From: Bacteroidales bacterium
GTDB lineage: Bacteria; Bacteroidota; Bacteroidia; Bacteroidales; WCHB1-69
Assembly: GCA_017549765.1 (NCBI GenBank)
Contig: JAFYNM010000012.1
Location: 1,055-65,054 of the forward strand
DNA length: 64,000 bases
Direction: 5' to 3'
This document shows positions 36,664 through 46,305 of the stretch, piece after piece; positions within the stretch are counted from its first letter, which is position 1, and each line of letters begins with the position of its first letter. A program made the position numbers and the translations under genes. The notes beneath the pieces are model-generated. The model was not told the DNA's origin and ran no database searches. It saw only the letters and a list, made by a program, of their open reading frames with translations.

Positions 36664-37146
36664 ATGAAGACCTTAGAACTCACTTCCAAAGTTTTTGAAT
36701 ATGAGCGGGAAGAGCTCCCGCACGACGTGGCCAATCTTTTAGCCAAGGCTGAAGAGGCTGCCAAAAGGGCATACGCGCCCTACTCCCGCTTCCAGGTGGG
36801 GGCCGCCATCTTGCTGAACAACGGCGAGATCGTCACCGGCAACAACCAAGAAAACGCTGTCTATCCCTGTGGTCTCTGTGCCGAGCGGACCACGGCCTTC
36901 GCAGCCTCCGCGAAATATCCAGAAGTGCCGTTCTCCAAAATCGCCATCACCGCCATAAACCCAGACGAGCCGCTGTCCATTCCGGTGTCGCCCTGCGGCA
37001 GCTGCCGCCAGGTCCTCTACGAATATGAGCAGAAATTCCAACAACCTGTCGAGGTCATCCTCTCCGGACAGACAGGCCCCATCTACATCTTCCACTGCGT
37101 GGCCGACCTGCTACCCTACACCTTCCATGCAGGTTTCCTGCCTTAG
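36664..37146 (+). CDS. cdd: Cytidine deaminase
   Basis: Zinc motifs CAERTA.. (PCGLCAERT) and PCGSCRQ. Confidence 0.85.
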   Translation: MKTLELTSKVFEYEREELPHDVANLLAKAEEAAKRAYAPYSRFQVGAAILLNNGEIVTGNNQENAVYPCGLCAERTTAFAASAKYPEVPFSKIAITAINPDEPLSIPVSPCGSCRQVLYEYEQKFQQPVEVILSGQTGPIYIFHCVADLLPYTFHAGFLP

Positions 37147-38879
37147 GATTTTCGTATCTGATCTTTCGCATTCAGATTCTTCATAAAGGCAGACTCTATA
37201 AAAGAGAACCTGCGTAACGTATTGTTGGAGAAGACCATGAACACAATCACCAATAGCGTGATCAGGATGATGACCCATTTGGTGTAGCTAAAGAACTTCA
37301 CCAAGATGGAGAAGACAAAGAAACCGGCGATGATGAAGCGGAAGATGGTCCAGAAAGTTATCACCAGCACATTGCCCTTGTTGATCTTGACCAGTTCCAT
37401 ATAGAGTTCCCGCGTCTTGTGGTTGTTATAGACAATGCCATAAAGGAAAGGCGTCATCACCAGCAGGACACCAGCCGCAAACAGCAGATTGTACCACCAT
37501 TTTGGAATCTTTTGCAACAGTTCTATCTTACCTACGAATGGAACCAGATAGTTGAAAATCAAAAACAGCAACGCGAAGCTGACCACCGAGAAAATCAGCA
37601 CTCGGGGCAACGTGCTGGAGATAATGCTTTTCCAATCCTTTTTGCCAGATTCATTACCCAGAAGGGAGTACTCGTCAAGACGAGATTTAAGGCTGGGCGA
37701 CATTTTTCTGGCCAGGAAAGAGTATGCGGGTCCCGCCGCGCGGATCCAATAGGGCGTGGTGAAAGTCGTGATGACGGAAGAAGCGATGATGACCGGGTAG
37801 ATATAGGAAGGCATCACCCCTTGGGCGACACCTACGGCCGCGATGATGAAGGCGAACTCTCCAATTTGGGAGAGGGTGAAGCCCGTCTTGACGGAATCCT
37901 CCAGATTGGCACCCGCCAACACTGCCGACAGAGTGGAAATAAAGGCTTTGATTATCAAGGTGATAAGCACCAACGAAAGCACCAGTTTCCAATATTGCTG
38001 AAGCACTGCCGGCTCAATCATCATACCGACCGAAACAAAGAAGATGGCACTAAAGAGGTCTTTAATGCTCTTGGTAAGTTCTTCTATACGATGACTCTCC
38101 ACCGTCTCGGAGAGGATAGAGCCGATGACGAAGGCACCGAGAGCGGAAGAGAAACCCACCTTGTTGGCAATAATCACCATGCCGAAACAGAGTCCGATGG
38201 AGATAATCAGCAGGTTCTCGTCGTTGATATATTTCTTGGCGGCTCTAAAGAAGGAAGGTATCACATAGATGCCGATGACGAACCAGAGGATCAGGAAGAA
38301 GACCAGCTTAACGATGCTCATCACCATCTCTTTGCCGGGGGAAGCATTCTTACTGGCGGCCACGGTGGACATCAAGACCATCATCACCACTGCTACGATA
38401 TCCTGAATGATCAACACCACCATGGTGAGATCGGCAAAGGACTCCCCTTTCAGCTTGAGGTCATCGAATGCTTTGATGATGATAGCGGTGGACGACATCG
38501 ACAACATGCCGCCGAGAAAGATACTCTGCATGATATCCCAGTCCATGATCAGGCCGAGCAGCACGCCGACGCCCATCATGCCGAGAATGCCGACCAAGGC
38601 TGTCACAAAGGCTTTACTGCCCACGGAGAAGAGCTTTCGGAAGCTGAACTCCAGACCCAGTCCGAACATCATGAAGATGATACCGATTTCGGACCAGACC
38701 TCCACATCAGCCACATCGGTGACCGTAGGGAAGATGTTCAGGTGCGGACCCACAAGGAAACCGGCCACGAGATAACCCAGCACCAGGGGCTGTTTGAGGA
38801 GTTTGAATATGATGGTGACAACGCCTGCAGAGATCAGGATCAGGGCAAGGTCGGATACGAGACGAAGGTTTTCAGACAT
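37143..38879 (-). CDS. Cation:proton antiporter (CPA2, Kef-type membrane domain)
   Basis: LKQPLVLGYLVAGFLVGP N-terminal motif; about 13 TM helices; no obvious C-terminal RCK domain. Confidence 0.8.
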   Translation of the reverse strand: MSENLRLVSDLALILISAGVVTIIFKLLKQPLVLGYLVAGFLVGPHLNIFPTVTDVADVEVWSEIGIIFMMFGLGLEFSFRKLFSVGSKAFVTALVGILGMMGVGVLLGLIMDWDIMQSIFLGGMLSMSSTAIIIKAFDDLKLKGESFADLTMVVLIIQDIVAVVMMVLMSTVAASKNASPGKEMVMSIVKLVFFLILWFVIGIYVIPSFFRAAKKYINDENLLIISIGLCFGMVIIANKVGFSSALGAFVIGSILSETVESHRIEELTKSIKDLFSAIFFVSVGMMIEPAVLQQYWKLVLSLVLITLIIKAFISTLSAVLAGANLEDSVKTGFTLSQIGEFAFIIAAVGVAQGVMPSYIYPVIIASSVITTFTTPYWIRAAGPAYSFLARKMSPSLKSRLDEYSLLGNESGKKDWKSIISSTLPRVLIFSVVSFALLFLIFNYLVPFVGKIELLQKIPKWWYNLLFAAGVLLVMTPFLYGIVYNNHKTRELYMELVKINKGNVLVITFWTIFRFIIAGFFVFSILVKFFSYTKWVIILITLLVIVFMVFSNNTLRRFSFIESAFMKNLNAKDQIRKS

Positions 38880-38969
38880 ACCAATTATTCTATGGATTTA
38901 CAAAATAATTTATAAGTAAAAAAGCTTATAAATTTGATTTATAAGTGATTCAGCTTATAGTATGATACA

Positions 38970-40004
38970 TTATATATTCTTGGAATCCAGATATTGCTCC
39001 CATTTCCAGGCGCTCTCCATCATATCATGCACGTCATAGTGGCAATGCCAATGAAGGAGGGTGTTGGCGCGGGAGCTGTCGCCATAGATGGCGGGGATGT
39101 CGCCGGCGCGGCGGCCGCCGATGACGTAATGGAGTTTGCGGCCGGTCACCTGCTCGGCGGCCGCCAGCATCTCCAGCACAGAAACGCCGTTTCCGCTTCC
39201 CAGGTTGAAGACCTCGCACTGCTGCTCATTGCGGTGCTCCAGCAGATAGTCCAGCGCCTTGACATGGGCGTCGGCAATATCGGAGACATGCAGATAGTCG
39301 CGGATGCAAGAGCCGTCGCGCGTGTCGTAGTCGTCGCCAAAGACCGTCATGGAGGGCTGTTTGCCAGAGGCCACCCGCATGATGATGGGCACCAGGTTGT
39401 TGGGCTTGTCGGGCGAGAGCTCGCCGTTCAGGCCGGACATGTGCGCCCCCACGGGGTTGAAATAGCGCAGGATGAGCGCGTTCATATCGGGATTGGGCAC
39501 CATCATATTGCGGATCATCTCCTCACCAATCTGCTTGGTGTGGGCATAGGGGCAGAAGGCCTGACCCATCGGTGTCTGTTCGCTTACAGGCAGTGTTTGC
39601 ACTTCGCCATACACCGCACAGGAAGACGAGAAGATGAGTGCCTTAATGTTGAAATGCCGGCACGCCTCCAGCACATTGGCCAGCGCGCCCAGGTTGTTGC
39701 GATAATACATCAAGGGCTCTTCTATGGACTCCCCCACCGCCTTGAAGGCGGCGAAATGGATAACGCCTTGGATGTCGGGATGCTCTTCAAAGATCTTGAA
39801 AAAAGCAGGGCCATTGCAGATATCCACCCGATAGTTCTTGACCTTGACGCCAGTGATCTTCTCCACCCGGTCCATCGTCTCCGGTGTGCTACGCACATTG
39901 CTGTCCACAGAGACGACCTCATAACGGCCGCTCTGAATCAATTCAATGATGGTGTGGGAGCCAATATATCCACAGCCTCCGGTAACCAGTATTTTTTTCT
40001 TCAT
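38970..40004 (-). CDS. galE: UDP-glucose 4-epimerase
   Basis: VTGGCGYIGSHT, SSSCAVYG, YAHTK (YxxxK), RYFNPVGAH. Confidence 0.9.
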   Translation of the reverse strand: MKKKILVTGGCGYIGSHTIIELIQSGRYEVVSVDSNVRSTPETMDRVEKITGVKVKNYRVDICNGPAFFKIFEEHPDIQGVIHFAAFKAVGESIEEPLMYYRNNLGALANVLEACRHFNIKALIFSSSCAVYGEVQTLPVSEQTPMGQAFCPYAHTKQIGEEMIRNMMVPNPDMNALILRYFNPVGAHMSGLNGELSPDKPNNLVPIIMRVASGKQPSMTVFGDDYDTRDGSCIRDYLHVSDIADAHVKALDYLLEHRNEQQCEVFNLGSGNGVSVLEMLAAAEQVTGRKLHYVIGGRRAGDIPAIYGDSSRANTLLHWHCHYDVHDMMESAWKWEQYLDSKNI

Positions 40005-40025
40005 AAATCAGCTTGTCGTTTTGGA

Positions 40026-40832
40026 TTAGTAATTGACAGTGATCTCCCCGACACATTTCCCCCTGTTCGTCATCTGATAGATACGGGTCATTCCGACGAG
40101 GATCGGCTCAGCGAGTTCCTTATGGGAGTGTCCCCCGATGATGATGTCGATGCCGGGCACCAGACGGGCGATATCCGTGTCACTCATCTGACCATCGATG
40201 AGTCCCAGATGCGAGAGGCAGATAATCATATCACAGCCTTTCTCTTGCAGTTTGGCCACCACGAGATTGCCCTTGACCACGGGATCCAGATAGGAGACCT
40301 CCTGTGCGACCTCCGGCGACACCAATGAGTTCAGGTCCACGCCCAAGCCGAAGATGCCGATTTTGAGACCGCCCTTCTTGATGATCACATAATCTTTGAC
40401 AGCGCGTTGCAGGGCTTTGTTGTGGAACAGGTAGTTGCAGCACACCACGGGGAACTTGGCCTTGCGGATGCGCTTGGCCAGCTCGGTGGTGCCGTTGTCG
40501 AACTCGTGGTTGCCCAGTGTGGCGGCATCATAGCCCATCTGATTCATCAGGGTAATCTCCACATAGCCTTTGAAGAAGTTGAAATAGGGCGTTCCCTGGG
40601 AGAAGTCGCCGGCATCCAGCAACAACACGTTGGGATGGTTCTGGCGCACCTCGTTGATGTAAGCATCGCGGCGGAGAACGCCACCCACATTGGTATCAGC
40701 CTTGTAGGTGTAGGGTTCTATCTGGCTATGGGTATCATTGGTATGCAGGATGACCAACTCTCGGTTCTGTGCCCCTACGTTCATGAAGAGGGCGCAGAGA
40801 AGGACTATCAGCGTGTATCTGAGAATATTCAT
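40026..40832 (-). CDS. Metallophosphatase (5'-nucleotidase/UshA N-terminal domain only)
   Basis: Signal peptide. ILHTNDTHS, DAGDFSQGT, GNHEFD, GGHSH metallophosphoesterase motifs. No 5'-nucleotidase C-terminal domain gene is adjacent. Start at MNILRY (40832). Confidence 0.8.
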   Translation of the reverse strand: MNILRYTLIVLLCALFMNVGAQNRELVILHTNDTHSQIEPYTYKADTNVGGVLRRDAYINEVRQNHPNVLLLDAGDFSQGTPYFNFFKGYVEITLMNQMGYDAATLGNHEFDNGTTELAKRIRKAKFPVVCCNYLFHNKALQRAVKDYVIIKKGGLKIGIFGLGVDLNSLVSPEVAQEVSYLDPVVKGNLVVAKLQEKGCDMIICLSHLGLIDGQMSDTDIARLVPGIDIIIGGHSHKELAEPILVGMTRIYQMTNRGKCVGEITVNY

Positions 40833-40851
40833 AATCACAATAAAAAGCCTG

Positions 40852-40859
40852 CAAAGGTA
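40852..40859 (-). promoter_or_regulatory. -7 promoter box (TACCTTTG)
   Basis: TAnnTTTG on the minus strand, 20 nt upstream of the ATG at 40832. Confidence 0.5.
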
Positions 40860-40981
40860 CATAAATTTCCAATAACACGGACAAATTAAATCCTGGCTGA
40901 AACGGAAGGAAGAAGGCAAAAAAAAAGCAGAGCTTGGAACTCTGCTTTTCTCGTCAAAAAATTATTACTATATGGGGTAGG

Positions 40982-42055
40982 TTATGCGTAAAGTTCCTCG
41001 AAGATCTTGCGCAGCTCAGGGCTTTCGCGCAGCTCTTGCAGAGTGAATTCAGCATGTCCCTTCGTATAGCCGTTACCCATGATCATGTTCACATCGCTGC
41101 CGATGCCTTCGGCACCGAGGCTAGCCTTTGTGAAGCTGGTGGCCATGGAGAAGAAATAGACGATACCGTCGTCTTTGGTGCAGAGCACAGCGGTCATCTC
41201 CTGGTCGGGAACATTGACACAGTTGATGGTGACGTCGGCCATCTTGCCGTTCGTGAGTTTTTCGATGAGTTCATATACTTGCACCGGGGTCATGCCAGCG
41301 GCAGACTCCACGATATCGCAGAAGCCGAGGTCTTTGATACGTTGCGTGCTTTTCGGGCTATTGGCGATACCGATCACCTTGCCGGTAACACCGACGCGTT
41401 TCTTAGCCTCATAGCAGCAGAGCATACCGCTCTTGCCACCGGCGCCGAGGATGACAACGGTTTGGCCGTATTGGCACAGTTTAGCCGTTTGGGCGGGAGC
41501 ACCAGCCACGTCGAGGGCGCTCAAAGCGAGCTTCTCAGGCATGTCGGTAGGGATCTTGGCATAGATGCCGCTCTCGAAGAGGATAGCCTTGCCCTTGATG
41601 TCCACTTGATCAACCTCAGGACGGATCTCCAGGATCTCATCGATACGCAAAGGAGTAAGGGAGAGGCTGACCAGCGTAGCGATGCGGTCGCCTTCTTTCA
41701 AATCGATTTTGCCCTTCAAAGCATCACCGATCTTCTCAACCTTGCCGAGCAACATACCACCGGAACCGGTACGGCGATTGCGGTGCTTGCCTTGCAGTTC
41801 CACGTTCAACAACATCTCTTTCTTCACCTCTTCCATGACAGCTTCCACGCTGGCGCCTTCGCCGGCTTGCTGTTTGGCATAGTTGTGAATATCGGTGAAA
41901 GAGGCAGAGTCTATGTTCAACGTCTGAACATCGATCAGAATCTCGTTGTCATAGATCTCATCCATATTGTTGTCAATCTTGTTGGCAGGCTGCGGAAGAA
42001 CGCCTTTGGGTTCGATGACACGATGGGTGCCGTATTTGTTGCCTTTCTTTTGCAT
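40982..42055 (-). CDS. kdd: L-erythro-3,5-diaminohexanoate dehydrogenase-like (Kdd-like) oxidoreductase
   Basis: N-terminus GNKYGTHRVIEPKGVLPQPANKIDNNM.EIYDNEILIDVQTLNIDSASF matches my recollection of Kdd proteins. Central Rossmann GQTVVILGAGGKSG. Start at MQKKGNKYG (42055). Confidence 0.55.
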   Translation of the reverse strand: MQKKGNKYGTHRVIEPKGVLPQPANKIDNNMDEIYDNEILIDVQTLNIDSASFTDIHNYAKQQAGEGASVEAVMEEVKKEMLLNVELQGKHRNRRTGSGGMLLGKVEKIGDALKGKIDLKEGDRIATLVSLSLTPLRIDEILEIRPEVDQVDIKGKAILFESGIYAKIPTDMPEKLALSALDVAGAPAQTAKLCQYGQTVVILGAGGKSGMLCCYEAKKRVGVTGKVIGIANSPKSTQRIKDLGFCDIVESAAGMTPVQVYELIEKLTNGKMADVTINCVNVPDQEMTAVLCTKDDGIVYFFSMATSFTKASLGAEGIGSDVNMIMGNGYTKGHAEFTLQELRESPELRKIFEELYA

Positions 42056-42110
42056 ATTGTTTTGATTTATAATTTGATAAAAAAAATCTATTGCTCGAAA
42101 CAAGCGAGTG

Positions 42111-42118
42111 CAAAAATA
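42111..42118 (-). promoter_or_regulatory. -7 promoter box (TATTTTTG)
   Basis: TAnnTTTG on the minus strand, 56 nt upstream of the ATG at 42055. Confidence 0.45.
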
Positions 42119-42197
42119 GTGATTTTTTTGACATAAAAAAACGACCCGGAAAAAATAATCCACAAATCGTTGTTTATTATATCTATCTTATTGTTGT

Positions 42198-42971
42198 TCA
42201 ATAATTTTCGGACGATCTCTGACGAATAAAATCCGACATAAGGCGATAAATCTCGCGCCATCGGGGGTCGGCCAGGGCCTCCTCATGACGACGCATCACC
42301 GCCATATCGCCGCGCCGGGCGGGACCTGTCTGAGCTTCCGCAGGCGGCAGTGAATACAGTTTATGGATTGTCTGCTCCATCAAAGGCAGGATCAGCTCTA
42401 TGTTCATCTCATGTTGGCGCAGGATCTCGTCAGCCACGGTACACATGGCATTGGAGAAGTTGCAGGCAAAGACGGAGGCCAGGTGGGCATAGAAGCGCTG
42501 TTCCCCGCTCATCGGCTGCACCATGTCGGAGAGCATGGCAGCAAGCTCCCGCAGCGGTTTCTCATACGGGCCGGCGTGCGACATCTCCAGACAGAGAGGC
42601 ACTCGCAGCTCCGACATGTCCATCGTCTTGGAGAAGGTCTGCAAGGGATACAGCACGCCATAGTTCTCGGCATAGGGGGCGAAGATCTCCTGGGGCACGG
42701 AGCCGGCGGTGTGCACGGCCAGCGGCATCCGGAAAGGGATCTGCGGCAGCACCTGCGGCAGGGCGTCATCACTGAGCGCAAAAATAAAAATCCGGCATGC
42801 GGGATCTAGCTGCGACAGGTCGTCCACCGCCTCGGCGCCCAGCGTGTCCGCCAGCGCACGCGCGTGCGCCATCTGCCGGCTATAGACCTGCTTCACAGGG
42901 TAAGCCTCGCTGCCCCGCAAACGGCCGGCAATCCAGGTCGCCACATTACCCGAACCTAACAGCGCAACCAT
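42198..42971 (-). CDS. Rossmann-like / DUF2520 domain protein
   Basis: N-terminal GSGNVA dinucleotide-binding-like motif and a C-terminal TGPARRGD..V...H segment typical of DUF2520. The ATG overlaps the upstream stop (TGATG). Confidence 0.6.
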   Translation of the reverse strand: MVALLGSGNVATWIAGRLRGSEAYPVKQVYSRQMAHARALADTLGAEAVDDLSQLDPACRIFIFALSDDALPQVLPQIPFRMPLAVHTAGSVPQEIFAPYAENYGVLYPLQTFSKTMDMSELRVPLCLEMSHAGPYEKPLRELAAMLSDMVQPMSGEQRFYAHLASVFACNFSNAMCTVADEILRQHEMNIELILPLMEQTIHKLYSLPPAEAQTGPARRGDMAVMRRHEEALADPRWREIYRLMSDFIRQRSSENY

Positions 42972-44635
42972 CAGTACTTGAACTTACTTCCCCCGACGAA
43001 CTCCCTAAGAATGGAGGTCGGCGGAATGTCATTTTCATAAACGGGCTGGAAGAAGGAGAGAAACTTCAACAGGATTGACGCTGCTGCATGTTCCGGCTCT
43101 GTCTCCGGCACTTTCTGAAGTATAGGTATGGCATAATTCTTCAGCAACCCCAACTCGAAAATGAGCGACGTGTTGATCATCACATCGGCATTTTCCTGGA
43201 AGGGGAAGATATTCTTCTCCTCGCCCCTCCGCACGCTGTTCCACCGTCTGATCGTATCCAAGGCGGAGTAGCCCCGATAGTTATAGTCGCGGACGATACG
43301 ACGGATCAACCGGTTGACAGTCGTAGGTATCGGGTTCTGGCGATCGATGGAGATGGAAGTCAGGGCGGAGACGAAGATCTTGAATTTCAACTCATCGGGA
43401 ATCTGTTCGGTCAGTTTGGGATTCAGACAATGGATGCCCTCCACCACCATGATGGAGTTTTCCTCCAACTGCAGGGTTTTTCCCGTCCATATCTTGCTAC
43501 CTTTGGCGAAATCGAAAGTCGGGATCTCCACGCACTCGCCCGCCACAAGCCTTTTCAGCGTGTCGTTGAAGAGCGGCAGGTCGATGGCTTCCAGCGCCTC
43601 AAAATCTTTCTCCCCATTGGCATCCAGCGGGGTCTCATCCCGTTCCACAAAGAAGTCGTCCACAGAAATCTGCACCGGGTGGTATCCCAGCACTGCCAAC
43701 TGCACCGAAAGGCGGCGGCAGGTGGTCGTCTTGCCGGAGCTGGACGGACCGCAGATGAGGACCATCTTCACACCGTCTTTCTGGTGAATCTGGTCGGCCA
43801 CATTGGCAATCCACTTTTCCTGGAAGGCTTCCGCCACCAGAATGGTCTCCAGCGCCTTACCCTCCCGCACGATGCGATTCATGTCGCTGACCGTCACCAC
43901 GCCCATCTTCTCCGACCAGTCTTTGGACAGCTGGTACTGGGCAAACAACTTAGGATTCTGGTGCGTCTTCGGCAACACTTTCAGGTTCTTGGCAGAAGGT
44001 ATCTTCAGCAGGATGCCACTCTCATATTTCTCCAGCCCGAACAGCTGCAGATAGCCGGTCGAGGGCACCATATACCCATAATAATAGTTGATTGTGTTAT
44101 CCAAACGATAGACGGAAGTAAAGATTTTATTTCGGGCTTTCAGCAATTCATACTTGTCTTCCAGACCCAGCTCTTGGAAAGCCTTGATGGCATCATCCGT
44201 CAGCATCTCCACACGCTCAAAGGGAATGTTCATCTGCACAACCTTCTTCATGTGTTGGAACATCCGTCTCACCAGCTCTTCCGTGATCGGCTCGTCCATG
44301 TTGTCAAGGGTGCAGTAGCGCCCACCCGAAATAGAGTGTTTGATACGCAACTTCACCTTCAATGGGAACAGATCATGCACCGTCTTGCAGAGCAGGAAGA
44401 AGAGGGAACGGATGTAGAAATGGCGTCCATAGGTGGAGTAATAGTCAAAGAAATCGATAATGGCCGGTTTATGAATCTGATAGCTCAGATCGTGGACTTC
44501 ATTGTTGACCAGCGCTCCCAGATAAGGGGTCTCCGGCAACATCTGACGCTCCTGCAGGAAATCATAGAGTCTCTGTCCAAAAGGAGCATAGATCAGCGTA
44601 TCGGTATTTTTGCAATATACGGGGATTGTTTGCAT
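42971..44635 (-). CDS. Nucleoside/uridine kinase-family protein with N-terminal TGS-like extension
   Basis: P-loop ICGPSSSGKTTT and DDFF..RD..P (PRK/uridine kinase family) in the C-terminal half of a 554-aa protein. Confidence 0.7.
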   Translation of the reverse strand: MQTIPVYCKNTDTLIYAPFGQRLYDFLQERQMLPETPYLGALVNNEVHDLSYQIHKPAIIDFFDYYSTYGRHFYIRSLFFLLCKTVHDLFPLKVKLRIKHSISGGRYCTLDNMDEPITEELVRRMFQHMKKVVQMNIPFERVEMLTDDAIKAFQELGLEDKYELLKARNKIFTSVYRLDNTINYYYGYMVPSTGYLQLFGLEKYESGILLKIPSAKNLKVLPKTHQNPKLFAQYQLSKDWSEKMGVVTVSDMNRIVREGKALETILVAEAFQEKWIANVADQIHQKDGVKMVLICGPSSSGKTTTCRRLSVQLAVLGYHPVQISVDDFFVERDETPLDANGEKDFEALEAIDLPLFNDTLKRLVAGECVEIPTFDFAKGSKIWTGKTLQLEENSIMVVEGIHCLNPKLTEQIPDELKFKIFVSALTSISIDRQNPIPTTVNRLIRRIVRDYNYRGYSALDTIRRWNSVRRGEEKNIFPFQENADVMINTSLIFELGLLKNYAIPILQKVPETEPEHAAASILLKFLSFFQPVYENDIPPTSILREFVGGSKFKY

Positions 44636-44649
44636 CGTATCGGGTTTGT

Positions 44650-46281
44650 TTACATTTTAACTCTTTTGAACATTCTGTCCCAGCGGACTTTGCCCTTCTC
44701 TCCGAAAGTTTTGTACTTATCCAAGGAAAGCCACACCATGGAAGGATGACCCACCACATGGTCCTCCGGCACAAAACCCCAGAAGCGGGAGTCGGCGGAA
44801 TTGTGGCGGTTGTCGCCCATCATGAAATAGTAGTCCATCTGGAAGGTATAGCTGTTGGCCTCCTTGCCGTTGATAAAGACCTTGCCATCCTTAACTTCCA
44901 ACTTGTTACCCTCGTATTGGCGGATAATCTGCTCATAGAGGACGATATTCTTGGCATCCAGCGTCACCGTCATACCCTTGGCGGGAATAGTGATGGGGCC
45001 GAAGAAGTCTTTGTTCCAAGGATAGTCTGGGGAGTGCGGGAAAATGGCAGGATCATACTGGCCGGCGGAGTCCTGGTAGCACTCTACGTTGAAGCCCATC
45101 TTGCGGATCTTGTCGCACTGCGCTTTATTCAAGCGGTAGAGCACCGTGTATTGGTCCACGCGTTGGGCATCGTCTTCGTTGATATCCAGTTCTTTGCGTT
45201 TCTTTGTCGAGAGTTGCATGCCCGTAGGATGATAGACGAAGTAGGCGAACTGCATCCGTTTGGGGTTCTCCACGGCTTTGCCGTTGATATAGACCTGCTT
45301 ATCTACGATCTTAAGTTCATCTCCTGCCACGGCGATACAGCGTTTCACATAGTTCTCGCGCTTATCCACGGGTCGGTCGATGACTTTGTACTCTTTCCAG
45401 ACAGCCTCGCGGCCTTTGCCCGGATAGTAGGCTCCGGCATATTTTTGCTGGAAGTATTGGATCATATCGGGACTATAACGGCCCATCACATCGCGCTTCT
45501 CTTCAGGAGAGGCCTTGGGATTGAGCATAGCCTCGAACTCGCGCACGATGGCATAGTAGCTCTCGGCCTTGCGCTCCACCACCACGGTGTCACCATCGGG
45601 GTAGTTGAAGACCACCACGTCGTTGTTGCGCACAGGACGCAGCGCCTTGGTGCGCATATAGGGAAGCTGGATGATCTTGGAATAAGAATTCACCTCCGTC
45701 TTGGGGATGGTGTTGTGGACAAAGGGAATCGCCACCGGCGTATTGGGCATGCGCACTCCATAGGAGAGTTTGGACACCGTCAGGAAGTCGCCCACCATCA
45801 GGGAACTCTCCATAGAGGATGTAGGGATGGTGTAGAGCTCGAACCAGCAGAGGCGGATGATGTAGGCCAGCGCCACCGCGAAGATGAGGGCATCACCCCA
45901 CGAACGGGCGCTGTTCTTCTTCCACTCGGGCAGCTCTGCGATGTAGTGCTCTTTCCTGGAAAAGCCCAGATAGGGCAGATAGACAAAGAAGAACATAGTG
46001 CCGAGGATCAGCGCGCCATAGCCGTTCTTGTTGAAATGATGGATGGTCTCCCAAACGATGTAGAAGAACATGAAGATGTTGAGGAACGGTATGAGGAAGA
46101 GCAGCATCCACCACCATTTCTTGTGGATGACCTGTCGGATCCAGAGCCATACATCATAGAAAGGTATCAGCGATTTCCAGGGGGCGATGCCGGCCTTGCG
46201 GAAGATACCCCAGAGACCGATGTGGGTGCATATCCAGAAAATGACGAGGATAATACAAAGAGCCGTAGTTGAAATATACAT
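44650..46281 (-). CDS. lepB: Signal peptidase I (S26) fused to an N-terminal DUF5684-like membrane domain
   Basis: S26 motifs IPTSSMESSL, GDFLTVSK, GDNRHNSADSRFWGFVP. The N-terminal ~110 aa (WGIFRKAGIAPWKSLIPFYD..WWWMLLFLIPFLN) look like DUF5684. ATG 46281 chosen over the TTG at 46305. Confidence 0.85.
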   Translation of the reverse strand: MYISTTALCIILVIFWICTHIGLWGIFRKAGIAPWKSLIPFYDVWLWIRQVIHKKWWWMLLFLIPFLNIFMFFYIVWETIHHFNKNGYGALILGTMFFFVYLPYLGFSRKEHYIAELPEWKKNSARSWGDALIFAVALAYIIRLCWFELYTIPTSSMESSLMVGDFLTVSKLSYGVRMPNTPVAIPFVHNTIPKTEVNSYSKIIQLPYMRTKALRPVRNNDVVVFNYPDGDTVVVERKAESYYAIVREFEAMLNPKASPEEKRDVMGRYSPDMIQYFQQKYAGAYYPGKGREAVWKEYKVIDRPVDKRENYVKRCIAVAGDELKIVDKQVYINGKAVENPKRMQFAYFVYHPTGMQLSTKKRKELDINEDDAQRVDQYTVLYRLNKAQCDKIRKMGFNVECYQDSAGQYDPAIFPHSPDYPWNKDFFGPITIPAKGMTVTLDAKNIVLYEQIIRQYEGNKLEVKDGKVFINGKEANSYTFQMDYYFMMGDNRHNSADSRFWGFVPEDHVVGHPSMVWLSLDKYKTFGEKGKVRWDRMFKRVKM

Positions 46282-46305
46282 GAACGATCGATTATAAATT
46301 AACAA

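Noticed and set aside
38880-38969. ttataag-containing inverted repeats (cttataaat ttg atttataag) between galE and the antiporter gene, considered as an operator or mobile-element end.
   Set aside because: This is a single AT-only 9-bp hairpin in a terminator/promoter spacer with no second copy in the window. It is most simply the galE terminator region.
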